From positions 893-64,892 of the forward strand of contig JAYUED010000008.1 of the NCBI GenBank assembly GCA_043739385.1: a stretch of DNA of 64,000 nt. The letters run 5' to 3'. Shown one piece after another: positions 1 to 10,352 of the stretch (within the stretch, counting starts at the first letter, position 1; every line of letters begins with the position of its first letter). Both the position numbers and the translations under genes were made by a program. This DNA comes from Betaproteobacteria bacterium. Its GTDB lineage: Bacteria > Pseudomonadota > Gammaproteobacteria > Burkholderiales > Burkholderiaceae_C. The notes below the pieces were generated by a model. That model was not told the origin of the DNA. It saw only the letters and a list, made by a program, of their open reading frames with translations, and ran no database searches.

Positions 1-1761
<1,761 letters not shown>

Positions 1762-1766
1762 CTAAA

Positions 1767-1795
1767 CCCGCGATGAATCTCAGATTCGTCGCGGG
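1767..1795 (-). other. Hairpin in the dnaN-gyrB spacer
   Basis: Arms cccgcgatgaa / ttcgtcgcggg (11 bp, one G-U) with a 7-nt loop. No clear U-run follows, so this is at most an attenuator or processing structure. Confidence 0.3.
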
Positions 1796-1831
1796 CTGTA
1801 CCCGTATTTTTTAAATTTGATAGCTAACTCT

Positions 1832-2941
1832 TCAAATACGCATCGGCATCACGACGTATTTGAAGTGAACATCGTCAGGTATCGTGATGAGCGCGGAGCT
1901 GTTGGAGTCGGACAACTCGATGACTACCATGTCTTGAGGCATGTTCTGCAACACGTCGATCAGGTAGGTGACGTTGAATCCAATTTCAATACTGTCACCA
2001 GCGTAGTCGATGTCCAACTCGTCCACAGCTTCTTCTTGCTCGGCGTTGTTTGACGCGACGCGCAGGGTGCCAGGTTCAATGTTGAGCTTGACGCCCTTGA
2101 ACTTGTCACTGGTCAAAATAGCGGTGCGTTGCAGCGAAGCCAGCAGCGCGACGCGGCCCAGCGTGATGTGGTTTTTATGGTTGCGCGGAATCACACGGTT
2201 GTAGTCAGGGAACTTGCCCTCAACCAGCTTGGTGACGAACTCCATGCCTTCAAAGCTGAATTTGGCCTGGTTATTGGCGAACTGCATACTGATGACCCCA
2301 TCGGCACTGTCGCTCAGCAGGCGCTGCATTTCCACCACGGTCTTGCGCGGCAAGATGACCTCTTGTTTGGGCACTTCCACGTCTAGCGTGGCGCTGGAAA
2401 ATGCCAAACGGTGACCGTCGGTGGCCACCAAGCTGAGCTGCTTGCCTTCGGCGACGAACAAAATGCCATTCAGGTAGTAGCGGATGTCGTGCACAGCCAT
2501 GGCAAACGAGACTTGGGCCAGCAGCGCTTTCAGCGTCTTTTGCGGTACGCTGAAGACAGGGCCAAAGCTCGCGGATTCTTGCACCAGCGGGAAGTCCTCG
2601 GCCGGCAGGCTTTGCAGCGTAAAGCGGCTTTTACCGCCTTTCAAAATCAACTTGCCAGCGCTGGATTCCAGGCTGACAGTTTGGTCGGCAGGCATGGTGC
2701 GCAAAATGTCGATCACCTTGCGCGCACCCACCGTGGTGCTGAAATCGCCGCTGTCACCTTCCAGCTCTGCTGAGGTGCGGATCTGGATTTCCAGATCGCT
2801 GGTCGTCACCTCTATAGAGGGACCGGTTTTGCGGATCAGCACATTGGCCAGGATGGGCAGGGTATGCCTACGCTCCACGATGCCTGCAACAGATTGCAGA
2901 ACTGCGAGAACTTTGTCTTGGGTCGCCTTGAGAACGATCAT
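1832..2941 (-). CDS. dnaN: DNA polymerase III beta sliding clamp
   Basis: 369-aa ORF starting MIVLKATQDKVLAVLQSVAGIVERRHTLPILANVLI and ending MPMRI, sited between dnaA and gyrB. Confidence 0.97.
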   Translation of the reverse strand: MIVLKATQDKVLAVLQSVAGIVERRHTLPILANVLIRKTGPSIEVTTSDLEIQIRTSAELEGDSGDFSTTVGARKVIDILRTMPADQTVSLESSAGKLILKGGKSRFTLQSLPAEDFPLVQESASFGPVFSVPQKTLKALLAQVSFAMAVHDIRYYLNGILFVAEGKQLSLVATDGHRLAFSSATLDVEVPKQEVILPRKTVVEMQRLLSDSADGVISMQFANNQAKFSFEGMEFVTKLVEGKFPDYNRVIPRNHKNHITLGRVALLASLQRTAILTSDKFKGVKLNIEPGTLRVASNNAEQEEAVDELDIDYAGDSIEIGFNVTYLIDVLQNMPQDMVVIELSDSNSSALITIPDDVHFKYVVMPMRI

Positions 2942-3062
2942 GTCAACCTCTTCTTTAACAACTTTTTATCAACGTCTATTCAAAACGGGGTGAGGCAGGA
3001 AGCCAAGCTAAGATTTATTGTGCTGCTTTGAACAAGTCAAACACACTATTTTCCTCTTTTTG

Positions 3063-4526
3063 CTAGCCTTTAAGAGTTTGTTCCAGCACATGTAACTGCT
3101 GGTTCAATTCGGTCATCTGCTGGCGTTCCGCTGTCATTTTCCGTACCGCGTGCAGCACGGTGGTGTGGTCGCGCCCACCGAACAATTCTCCGATTTCTGG
3201 AAGGCTCTTTTGTGTCAATTCTTTGGCCAAATACATCGCAATTTGACGGGGCCGAGCAATGCTGGCGGGTCGTTTCTTGGAATACATGTCAGCGACCTTG
3301 ATTTTGTAGTAATCGGCCACTGTTTTTTGAATGTTTTCCACCGAAATTTGGCGGTTTTGAATTGACAGTAAGTCACGCAGGGCCTCGCGAGCCAGTTGAA
3401 TCGAGATTTCTTTGTGGTTAAAACGCGAGTACGCCAAAATTTTACGTAACGCGCCTTCCAGTTCACGCACATTGGAGCGAACGTTTTTCGCTACGAAGAA
3501 TGCGACTTCTTCGGGCATCTCTGAGCCTTCAGAACGGGATTTACTGATGAGAATGGCAACACGCATTTCCAGCTCTGGCGGCTCTATGGCAACTGTTAAG
3601 CCAGCGTCAAAGCGAGAGACCAAACGCTCGTGGATATCGGCCAACCCCTTGGGGTAAGTGTCACTGGTCATCACGATATGCGACTTTTTGGTCAGCAACG
3701 CTTCAAAGGCGTTGAAGAATTCTTCTTGCGTCCGGTCCTTGTTGGCAAAGAACTGCACGTCGTCAATCAGCAACAAATCCAGTGAGTGGTAGCGCTCTTT
3801 GAACTCATCAAAAGTCTTGCGTTGGTAGGCCTTAACCACATCCGATACAAACTGCTCTGCATGAATGTAGAGAACTTTTGCGGCTGGCTTGTCTTCAAGC
3901 AGTTTGGCGCCAATGGCATGCATCAAATGTGTCTTGCCCAAACCAACGCCGCCGTAGATGAACAGTGGGTTATACATGTGGCCAGGCATAGTCGCCACAT
4001 GCATGGCAGCAGCGCGGGCCATGCGGTTGGCAGTGCCTTCAACCAGTGTGTCAAACGTCAGGGCAGCGTTGAGTCGGTTCTTATGGAGTTGAACAACCAC
4101 CTCGTTAGTCGAAGCACCCAAAATCCCTGCAGCGACTGGCTCGGGGTTGTCAATTGCGTCGTTGAACTGTGGTGGACGACTTTGCCTGGCGGGCTGCTCA
4201 CGAGGTGCAAGCACTAACTCCAAAACAATGGGCGAACCATAAATTTTCTCAATCAACTGCGCTATGCGGGAGGCGTACTGCGCACGGATCCAGTCCAGCT
4301 TAAAGCGGTTGGCGACGAAAATAGTGAGCTTGGAGAAGTCGTCAGTGGCCTCGGCCATCAGCGGTTTGATCCAGGTGTTGAACTGCTGCTCAGGCAACTC
4401 TTGGGCCAGCACATCAACGCAGCTGAGCCATAAACTTTGTCCGGCGCTCAGGCCCAAATTGGGAGCTAGGCGCTGGCCATGAGCTCCATTTGCCATCTCA
4501 ATGGCGGGATACTTCCCCTCGATCAT
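3063..4526 (-). CDS. dnaA: Chromosomal replication initiator DnaA
   Basis: 487-aa ORF with Walker [20 protein letters not shown], the RELEGAL box and a C-terminal DNA-binding helix ([11 protein letters not shown]). An alternative start is possible at 4496 (MANGAHG). Confidence 0.97.
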   Translation of the reverse strand: MIEGKYPAIEMANGAHGQRLAPNLGLSAGQSLWLSCVDVLAQELPEQQFNTWIKPLMAEATDDFSKLTIFVANRFKLDWIRAQYASRIAQLIEKIYGSPIVLELVLAPREQPARQSRPPQFNDAIDNPEPVAAGILGASTNEVVVQLHKNRLNAALTFDTLVEGTANRMARAAAMHVATMPGHMYNPLFIYGGVGLGKTHLMHAIGAKLLEDKPAAKVLYIHAEQFVSDVVKAYQRKTFDEFKERYHSLDLLLIDDVQFFANKDRTQEEFFNAFEALLTKKSHIVMTSDTYPKGLADIHERLVSRFDAGLTVAIEPPELEMRVAILISKSRSEGSEMPEEVAFFVAKNVRSNVRELEGALRKILAYSRFNHKEISIQLAREALRDLLSIQNRQISVENIQKTVADYYKIKVADMYSKKRPASIARPRQIAMYLAKELTQKSLPEIGELFGGRDHTTVLHAVRKMTAERQQMTELNQQLHVLEQTLKG

Positions 4527-4589
4527 TATGTTGCGTACTCTGTGGACAGTTGGGGATATTGCGGGATGAGATTGTAGCTTGTCAATAAC

Positions 4590-4598
4590 TTATCCACA
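4590..4598 (+). promoter_or_regulatory. Perfect consensus DnaA box TTATCCACA
   Basis: Exact 9-mer in the dnaA-rpmH spacer. A weaker box, TGTGGACAG, lies at 4541-4549. Confidence 0.6.
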
Positions 4599-4737
4599 TG
4601 GCCTTTGGTAGGGCCGGATGCAAGGAAAGCGGTGGCCGTGAGTCTACGGTTTTGCCGGCCTTTTTTGTATATTGAAGAGCCGTGGATTGTATTAAAAAGA
4701 AGTGAAATTTAAAAAAACGCTCGGGCAGTTGCCGCAA

Positions 4738-4765
4738 TTGACAAAGTTTGTGATAATGCTAGGTT
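4738..4765 (+). promoter_or_regulatory. Candidate sigma70 promoter for rpmH-rnpA
   Basis: TTGACA (4738-4743), a 16-nt spacer, then TAGGTT (4760-4765), about 50 nt upstream of the rpmH ATG. Confidence 0.35.
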
Positions 4766-4817
4766 TTCCCGGCTTGATGCAGTTGTGCAGCACGCCTTGT
4801 TTTCCTAGGATACGACA

Positions 4818-4952
4818 ATGAAACGCACTTACCAACCTTCCAAAATCCGCCGCGCCCGTACCCATGGGTTCTTGGTTCGCATGAAAACCCGTGGCGGCCG
4901 TGCTGTCATCAACGCTCGCCGTGCCAAAGGCCGCAAGCGTTTGGCAGTCTAA
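4818..4952 (+). CDS. rpmH: 50S ribosomal protein L34
   Basis: Below the ORF-track size cutoff. Manual translation gives [44 protein letters not shown]. Confidence 0.97.
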   Translation: MKRTYQPSKIRRARTHGFLVRMKTRGGRAVINARRAKGRKRLAV

Positions 4953-5001
4953 TTTCTTTGGCTACTTTTAGCTCGTAGACCGTCGCGCGGCTCTGTTCAA
5001 G

Positions 5002-5442
5002 GTGCAGCGCCTTCAGTCTCGAGCGCAATTTCAAGCCGTTTTGGCGGGTCGAACCCTTGCCAAAACAGCGCATTTTGCTTTGCATCATTTAGCTTTGCCT
5101 GTGTTGCCACTGGTATCAGTTAATGACTCTCCCCTCGATTTGTTTCTCGGCCATAGTCTATGGTTGGGCGCTATGGTGCCTAAGCGTTGGGCCAAACGGG
5201 CTGTGACGCGCAATGCTATCAAGCGTCAAATTTATACCGTCACGGCCCAGTTTGACGCGGGTACTTTCTCGGGTATCTCTCAATTCGCTTATGTGCTGCG
5301 TCTACGCGCTGCTTTTGATAAAAAGCAGTTTGTCAGTGCGACCTCTGAGCTTCTAAAGCAAGCCGTTCGAGCGGAGTTGCTGATGTTGATGGCTCGGGCA
5401 GGTGCAACCCATTCTGGGCAGGATGCAGCATGTCCATGCTAA
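5002..5442 (+). CDS. rnpA: Ribonuclease P protein component
   Basis: 146-aa basic ORF with a GTG start, directly after rpmH. Contains the KRAVTRNAIKRQIY motif in the conserved rpmH-rnpA-yidD-yidC order. Confidence 0.85.
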   Translation: MQRLQSRAQFQAVLAGRTLAKTAHFALHHLALPVLPLVSVNDSPLDLFLGHSLWLGAMVPKRWAKRAVTRNAIKRQIYTVTAQFDAGTFSGISQFAYVLRLRAAFDKKQFVSATSELLKQAVRAELLMLMARAGATHSGQDAACPC

Positions 5443-5687
5443 AAAATATGTTGGTGGGCCTAGTCAAAGGCTACCGCTTGCTGCTCAGTCCTGCACTGGG
5501 TAATACTTGTAGGTTCGAACCGACCTGCTCTGTTTATGCTTTGCAGGCGCTGGATCAGCATGGCGCTGCTTCGGGCAGCTATCTCACGCTGCGGCGCATT
5601 GCGCGCTGTAACCCTTGGTGCGAGGGCGGCCACGATGCCGTACCCACCACCCTTGCTCCTTTCTTCTCACACAAGTCATCCTCATGA
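5430..5687 (+). CDS. yidD: Membrane protein insertion efficiency factor YidD
   Basis: 85 aa with YRLLLSP...CRFEPTCSVYALQAL...G...RRIARCNPW..GGHD. Overlaps the rnpA stop and the yidC start. Confidence 0.9.
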   Translation: MSMLKNMLVGLVKGYRLLLSPALGNTCRFEPTCSVYALQALDQHGAASGSYLTLRRIARCNPWCEGGHDAVPTTLAPFFSHKSSS

Positions 5688-7438
5688 ACGATATTCGCCG
5701 CACCATTCTGTGGGTGATCTTTGGATTTTCCATGGTTCTGCTATGGGATCAATGGCAGGTTCACAACGGTCAAAAGCCAATGTTCGCCTTTTTGCCATCG
5801 CAGCAATCTGCGCAGTTAAACAAGACGCCCCCCGCTGCAAGCGGGGCTGTGGCTTCCCCTAGCGCAGATGTATCTAGTGTGCCTTCGACGCCGCAGGTTA
5901 ACGCTGCAAGCGTGGATTTGCCGCCGGGTGTCACTGCAGTAGCGCCTGTCGCCGCTCGCGAGAAAATCGTGGTTAGTACCGATAAGTTGAAGCTGACATT
6001 CGACACCGAAGGTGGGACGCTGGTGAAAGCCGAGCTGCTAGGCCAAATCGATATGGCTGATAAAAGCAAAAACTTTGTGCTGCTTGACGAGACCGCTAAC
6101 CGTGTCTACACCGCGCAAACCGGTTTGATTGGTGCGGCAGCGGGCACAACGCCTTTTCCTACCCACAAAACACTGATGACGGTGTTGCCCGGCGAGCGCA
6201 CACTCAAAGACGGTAGCAACGAACTGGTGGTTGCGTTTGAATCCCCTGACGAAGGCGGAATCAAGGTAGTGAAGACTTGGACCCTCAGACGCGGCGCGTA
6301 TGACATCGCTGTCAAGCACGAAATTACCAACAATGGCAGCACAACCCAATCGCCTCAGTTGTACATGCAACTGGTGCGTGACGGAAACAAGCCAGTGGGT
6401 GAATCGTCGTTTTACTCCACGTTCACTGGCCCAGCGGTGTACACCAGTGAGAAGAAGTACCAAAAAGTTGAGTTCAGCGACATTGAGAAGGGCAAGATCA
6501 ACATTGAAAAGCAAGGCACTGATGGTTATGTTGCAATGGTGCAGCATTACTTTGCCAGTGCTTGGGTGCTGAACGGCGCTGTGGACAAAGATGGAAAAAC
6601 CCAGCCTCTCAAGCGTGACCTGTTTATGCGCAAGGTGGACACTAACCTTTACGCTGTGGGCATGATTACTGGGTTGGACAATATTGCACCCGGAACCCAT
6701 AAATCTGTGGACGCTATCTTTTACGTCGGTCCTCAGGAAGAGAAAAAACTTGAAGCTCTGGCCCCTGGCTTGGACTTGGTGAAGGACTACGGCTGGTTGA
6801 CCATCATGGCCAAGCCGCTGTACTGGTTGCTTGACAAGTTACATAGCTATATTGGCAACTGGGGTTGGTCAATCATGGCGCTGGTGCTGCTCATCAAAAT
6901 CGCCTTCTACTGGTTGACCGCCAAAGGCTACGAGAGCATGGGCAAGATGAAAGCCATCAATCCCAAAATCACTGAAATGCGCGAGCGCTTAAAAGACAAG
7001 CCACAAGAAATGCAGCAGGAGATGATGCGCATTTACCGCGAAGAAAAAGTTAATCCCATGGGTGGCTGCCTGCCGATGGTGGTGCAGATTCCAGTGTTCA
7101 TTGCGCTTTACTGGGTGCTGCTTTCTACTGTGGAAATGCGCAACGCACCTTGGGCGTTGTGGATTCACGATTTGGCCGCACCCGATCCGTTCTACATTTT
7201 GCCGTTGGTGATGACGGCGACAACACTGGTACAAACCGCGCTTAACCCCGCACCACCAGATCCAATGCAAGCCAAGATGATGTGGATCATGCCGCTGGCG
7301 TTCTCCGTGATGTTCTTCTTTTTCCCTTCCGGCTTGGTGTTGTACTGGATTACCAATAACGTGTTGTCGATTGCTCAGCAGTGGATCATCAATACTCGAA
7401 TGGGTGTGCCGCCACAGTTCAACTTGCCCAAGTTCTAA
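5684..7438 (+). CDS. yidC: Membrane protein insertase YidC
   Basis: MNDIRRTILWVIFGFSMVLLWDQW N-terminus, with the C-terminal 60-kDa insertase core (GGCLPMVVQIPVFIALYWVL...PSGLVLYWITNNVLSIAQQ). The track ORF starts earlier (5615), but that part overlaps yidD. Confidence 0.95.
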   Translation: MNDIRRTILWVIFGFSMVLLWDQWQVHNGQKPMFAFLPSQQSAQLNKTPPAASGAVASPSADVSSVPSTPQVNAASVDLPPGVTAVAPVAAREKIVVSTDKLKLTFDTEGGTLVKAELLGQIDMADKSKNFVLLDETANRVYTAQTGLIGAAAGTTPFPTHKTLMTVLPGERTLKDGSNELVVAFESPDEGGIKVVKTWTLRRGAYDIAVKHEITNNGSTTQSPQLYMQLVRDGNKPVGESSFYSTFTGPAVYTSEKKYQKVEFSDIEKGKINIEKQGTDGYVAMVQHYFASAWVLNGAVDKDGKTQPLKRDLFMRKVDTNLYAVGMITGLDNIAPGTHKSVDAIFYVGPQEEKKLEALAPGLDLVKDYGWLTIMAKPLYWLLDKLHSYIGNWGWSIMALVLLIKIAFYWLTAKGYESMGKMKAINPKITEMRERLKDKPQEMQQEMMRIYREEKVNPMGGCLPMVVQIPVFIALYWVLLSTVEMRNAPWALWIHDLAAPDPFYILPLVMTATTLVQTALNPAPPDPMQAKMMWIMPLAFSVMFFFFPSGLVLYWITNNVLSIAQQWIINTRMGVPPQFNLPKF

Positions 7439-7458
7439 ACTTTCGCAATCTAAAATCT

Positions 7459-7483
7459 TAAAGCCGCTTTTTAGCGGCTTTGT
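7459..7483. terminator. Bidirectional rho-independent terminator
   Basis: aaagccgc-ttttta-gcggcttt hairpin flanked by A/T runs, between convergent yidC and the outer-membrane protein gene. Confidence 0.7.
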
Positions 7484-7492
7484 TCATTGTTG

Positions 7493-8119
7493 TCAGAAAG
7501 CATAGTTGGCTCTGAAAAACACCATGCCTACTGTGCCATTGCCACCATAGCGCATCGATGCGGTTCGGGAGTCTCCCAAAAAACGTCCGATACTGGCACC
7601 CATGGAATAAGACCAGCGCTCATACAAAGGGCCAGTCAACGTCAAGCCTCCGCGTACATCCCGCAGGCCACTGGCAGGCACCGCCAAAGCATACGCATTT
7701 CCTCCTCCTGCATAGCCGTCCATGGGGCCACCTTGCCCAGTCACCTGACCTGTGATTTGCCTCATCAGTTCTTGGCCTGCGCTGCTATTTAGCCAGTTGG
7801 TGGAGGCAGTTAAGCCCAAGTGAGTTTGTTCAGCTACGATAAATTGAGAACGCAGCTGCACGACTATTCCCACTCCCCGAGCATCCCAGCCTGAGCCCAG
7901 ACGTACGCTACTGTGCAGACCTAAACGCTGCGGTATCAAGCTGTAGCTGATGAAGACCCTTGGCGCGACAGTATTGACCGTACTGCTGGTGTTGCGTTGT
8001 GTTGCGTTGACGCCATAACTCCATACGCTGTCAGGTGTCGCGTGGATGGATTGCCCCTGAGCTAGGCTGCTCATCGCCACAGCGGTGACCCATAAAGACA
8101 AGGTTGGTGCAGTTTTCAT
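7493..8119 (-). CDS. Putative outer-membrane beta-barrel protein
   Basis: Signal peptide MKTAPTLSLWVTAVAMSSLAQG, alternating Gly/aromatic-rich strands, and a C-terminal ...FFRANYAF. Start set at the ATG at 8119 rather than the track start at 8188. Confidence 0.6.
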   Translation of the reverse strand: MKTAPTLSLWVTAVAMSSLAQGQSIHATPDSVWSYGVNATQRNTSSTVNTVAPRVFISYSLIPQRLGLHSSVRLGSGWDARGVGIVVQLRSQFIVAEQTHLGLTASTNWLNSSAGQELMRQITGQVTGQGGPMDGYAGGGNAYALAVPASGLRDVRGGLTLTGPLYERWSYSMGASIGRFLGDSRTASMRYGGNGTVGMVFFRANYAF

Positions 8120-8281
8120 GAGAACTCCCGGCTGTTTGACTCCAGCATAAGCTCGAAAATCGGTGCAGGCAATGTGAAAAATAGTCAAATTACCCTTATG
8201 TAGGGTCTTTACGGGGCGTGCATAAATTTATTGGGGTGGACAACCGCTCTTGGCCTAGGCAAAGCCCATGACAATCTACCC

Positions 8282-9661
8282 ATGTTGCGCACCGCCCTTG
8301 ACCCTATCGTCGCCATCGCTACCGCCTCCGGGCGAGGGGCGGTTGGCATTATTCGCTTGTCTGGCCCATCGCTTGGCGATCTTGTCCCCGTGTTGTGTGG
8401 TCGCCTACTGCGTCCCCGCGAGGCGACCTACCTTAAGTTGAACGCTGCCGATGGCGGTGTGATTGACCAAGGTTTAGCACTTCATTTCCCTGCCCCGCAC
8501 TCGTACACAGGGGAAGAGGTATTGGAGCTGCAAGTCCACGGCGGCCCAGTTGTTTTGCAGCTGCTACTTGCACGTTGCCTAGAGGCTGGCACTGCGCAAG
8601 GCCTGCGCTTGGCCCGACCAGGCGAGTTCACTGAGCGTGCTTTTTTGAACGACAAAATTGACCTGGCCCAAGCCGAAGCTATCGCTGATTTGATCGACGC
8701 TAGCACCGAAGCGGCTGCCCGCAGCGCCAGTCGGTCATTGGCAGGTGAGTTTTCCACCCAAGTTCATATATTGCGCGACGGGTTAATTCACCTGCGCATG
8801 CTGGTGGAGGCAACGCTGGACTTTCCGGAGGAAGAAATCGACTTCTTGCGTAAAGCAGATGCGCATGGGCAGCTATCAAACTTAAAGCAATCATTAGCCA
8901 ACTTGTTTCGCCGTGCTCGTCAAGGTGCGCTGCTGCGCGAAGGTATCAAAGTAGTGATCGCCGGACAGCCTAACGCAGGTAAAAGCTCATTGCTTAACGC
9001 GCTGGCCGGGGCCGAGTTAGCTATCGTCACTCCCGTGGCGGGTACGACCCGCGATGTGGTGACCCAGACCATCCAGATCGAAGGAGTCCCTTTGCACGTG
9101 GTGGACACCGCCGGGCTACGTGACAGCAGCGATGAGGTCGAAAAAATCGGCATCGCTCGCGCCTGGGCACAAATTGAGAGTGCTGATGCCGTACTTTTCT
9201 TGCACGATTTGACCCGCAAAAATGCTACTGAATACATAGCCGCTGATGCCGATATAAAAAACTCACTGCTGCAAAAACTTTCTAAATCAGTGCCAGTGAT
9301 AGATGTATGGAACAAACTGGACAGCGTGGACAGCGTGGATGACCTGTCTACCGGTGTGTACCTGTCTGCAAAAACCGGGGCAGGCCTGCAAACTCTGCGA
9401 CAGCGCTTGTTGGAGGTGGGTGGCTGGCAATCCCACCCTGAAGGCGTATTCATTGCCCGTGAGCGCCACCTACATGCTTTGCGGCATGCCCAAACACACG
9501 TGGATGAGGCCGTTGCGCAACTGGACAATATCTTGCCTGCGTTGGATTTACTGGCCGAGGAATTGCGTTTGGCGCAAAACGCGTTGAATGACATCACCGG
9601 GGCATTCAGTGCTGATGATTTGCTCGGGGTAATTTTTTCTAAGTTTTGTATTGGTAAATAA
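8282..9661 (+). CDS. mnmE: tRNA modification GTPase MnmE (TrmE)
   Basis: [23 protein letters not shown]-terminus, G domain [14 protein letters not shown]...DTAG, and a C-terminal FCIGK. Start chosen at 8282 (MLRTAL). Confidence 0.95.
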   Translation: MLRTALDPIVAIATASGRGAVGIIRLSGPSLGDLVPVLCGRLLRPREATYLKLNAADGGVIDQGLALHFPAPHSYTGEEVLELQVHGGPVVLQLLLARCLEAGTAQGLRLARPGEFTERAFLNDKIDLAQAEAIADLIDASTEAAARSASRSLAGEFSTQVHILRDGLIHLRMLVEATLDFPEEEIDFLRKADAHGQLSNLKQSLANLFRRARQGALLREGIKVVIAGQPNAGKSSLLNALAGAELAIVTPVAGTTRDVVTQTIQIEGVPLHVVDTAGLRDSSDEVEKIGIARAWAQIESADAVLFLHDLTRKNATEYIAADADIKNSLLQKLSKSVPVIDVWNKLDSVDSVDDLSTGVYLSAKTGAGLQTLRQRLLEVGGWQSHPEGVFIARERHLHALRHAQTHVDEAVAQLDNILPALDLLAEELRLAQNALNDITGAFSADDLLGVIFSKFCIGK

Positions 9662-9875
9662 GCCCAAAATACTGCTTATTAATGCACCTTATTGTTGGAT
9701 TTGTTGGTAATTAATCACAATTAAAATCTGATAAGGTTAGCCATAATGTCATGGCTTCCCGGGTGCTTTAATAGCTAATTCTCAGGTTCCAACCCGGCCT
9801 CCTTGATGCAAATCTGTCTCCACTTTGCTTTGCGCTCCAACAAATGCTGAGCCTGTGCACTACTTTGAACGATTT

Positions 9876-10352
9876 ATGTCTTGGTTAGACCGCATTTTTA
9901 GCCGATCCAGCAGCTTGGAGCTTGAAGAGGTGACGCGCATACAAATGCTAGAGCGCCGCCGAAAACCCACACCCCATGCCAGCAAGGCCACTCCAGAAAA
10001 ACAAAGTGATCCCTTGCACGTTCGCCGCCGAAGCGACCGTGCTGCTCGTCGAGAACTGTTGCAGGCCGTAGTGCGCGAAGCTTTAGCCGATCTTGGGGTG
10101 TTATCGCTTCACTACAAGTTCAAGATAATGTCGGTTGACCAAGAGGGCACGCAGTTCGTGGTGTTGGTGGACCTGTCGATGGATTTCAACGCCGATACGG
10201 CTACGTTAGCGCAAATGGAAGCTGCCATCGTTCATCGAGTCCTCAGCCAGCGTAAGTTGGTGGTTAACGGTGTCTTCTGGCGCAGAATGGAGGCAATTGT
10301 TCGCAGACCTGCCAGTGTGGCAGGCCATAGCCAGTATGGGGATTTGAGCTAG
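9876..10352 (+). CDS. Hypothetical protein
   Basis: ORF starting MSWLDRIFSRSS with a basic N-terminal half. No family recognised. ATG at 9876 preferred over the TTG at 9825. Confidence 0.45.
   Translation: MSWLDRIFSRSSSLELEEVTRIQMLERRRKPTPHASKATPEKQSDPLHVRRRSDRAARRELLQAVVREALADLGVLSLHYKFKIMSVDQEGTQFVVLVDLSMDFNADTATLAQMEAAIVHRVLSQRKLVVNGVFWRRMEAIVRRPASVAGHSQYGDLS

Noticed and set aside
5512-5522. A tRNA T-arm-like GGTTCGAACCG.
   Set aside because: It lies inside the yidD coding frame (CRFEPTC), and no acceptor, D or anticodon arms can be drawn around it.
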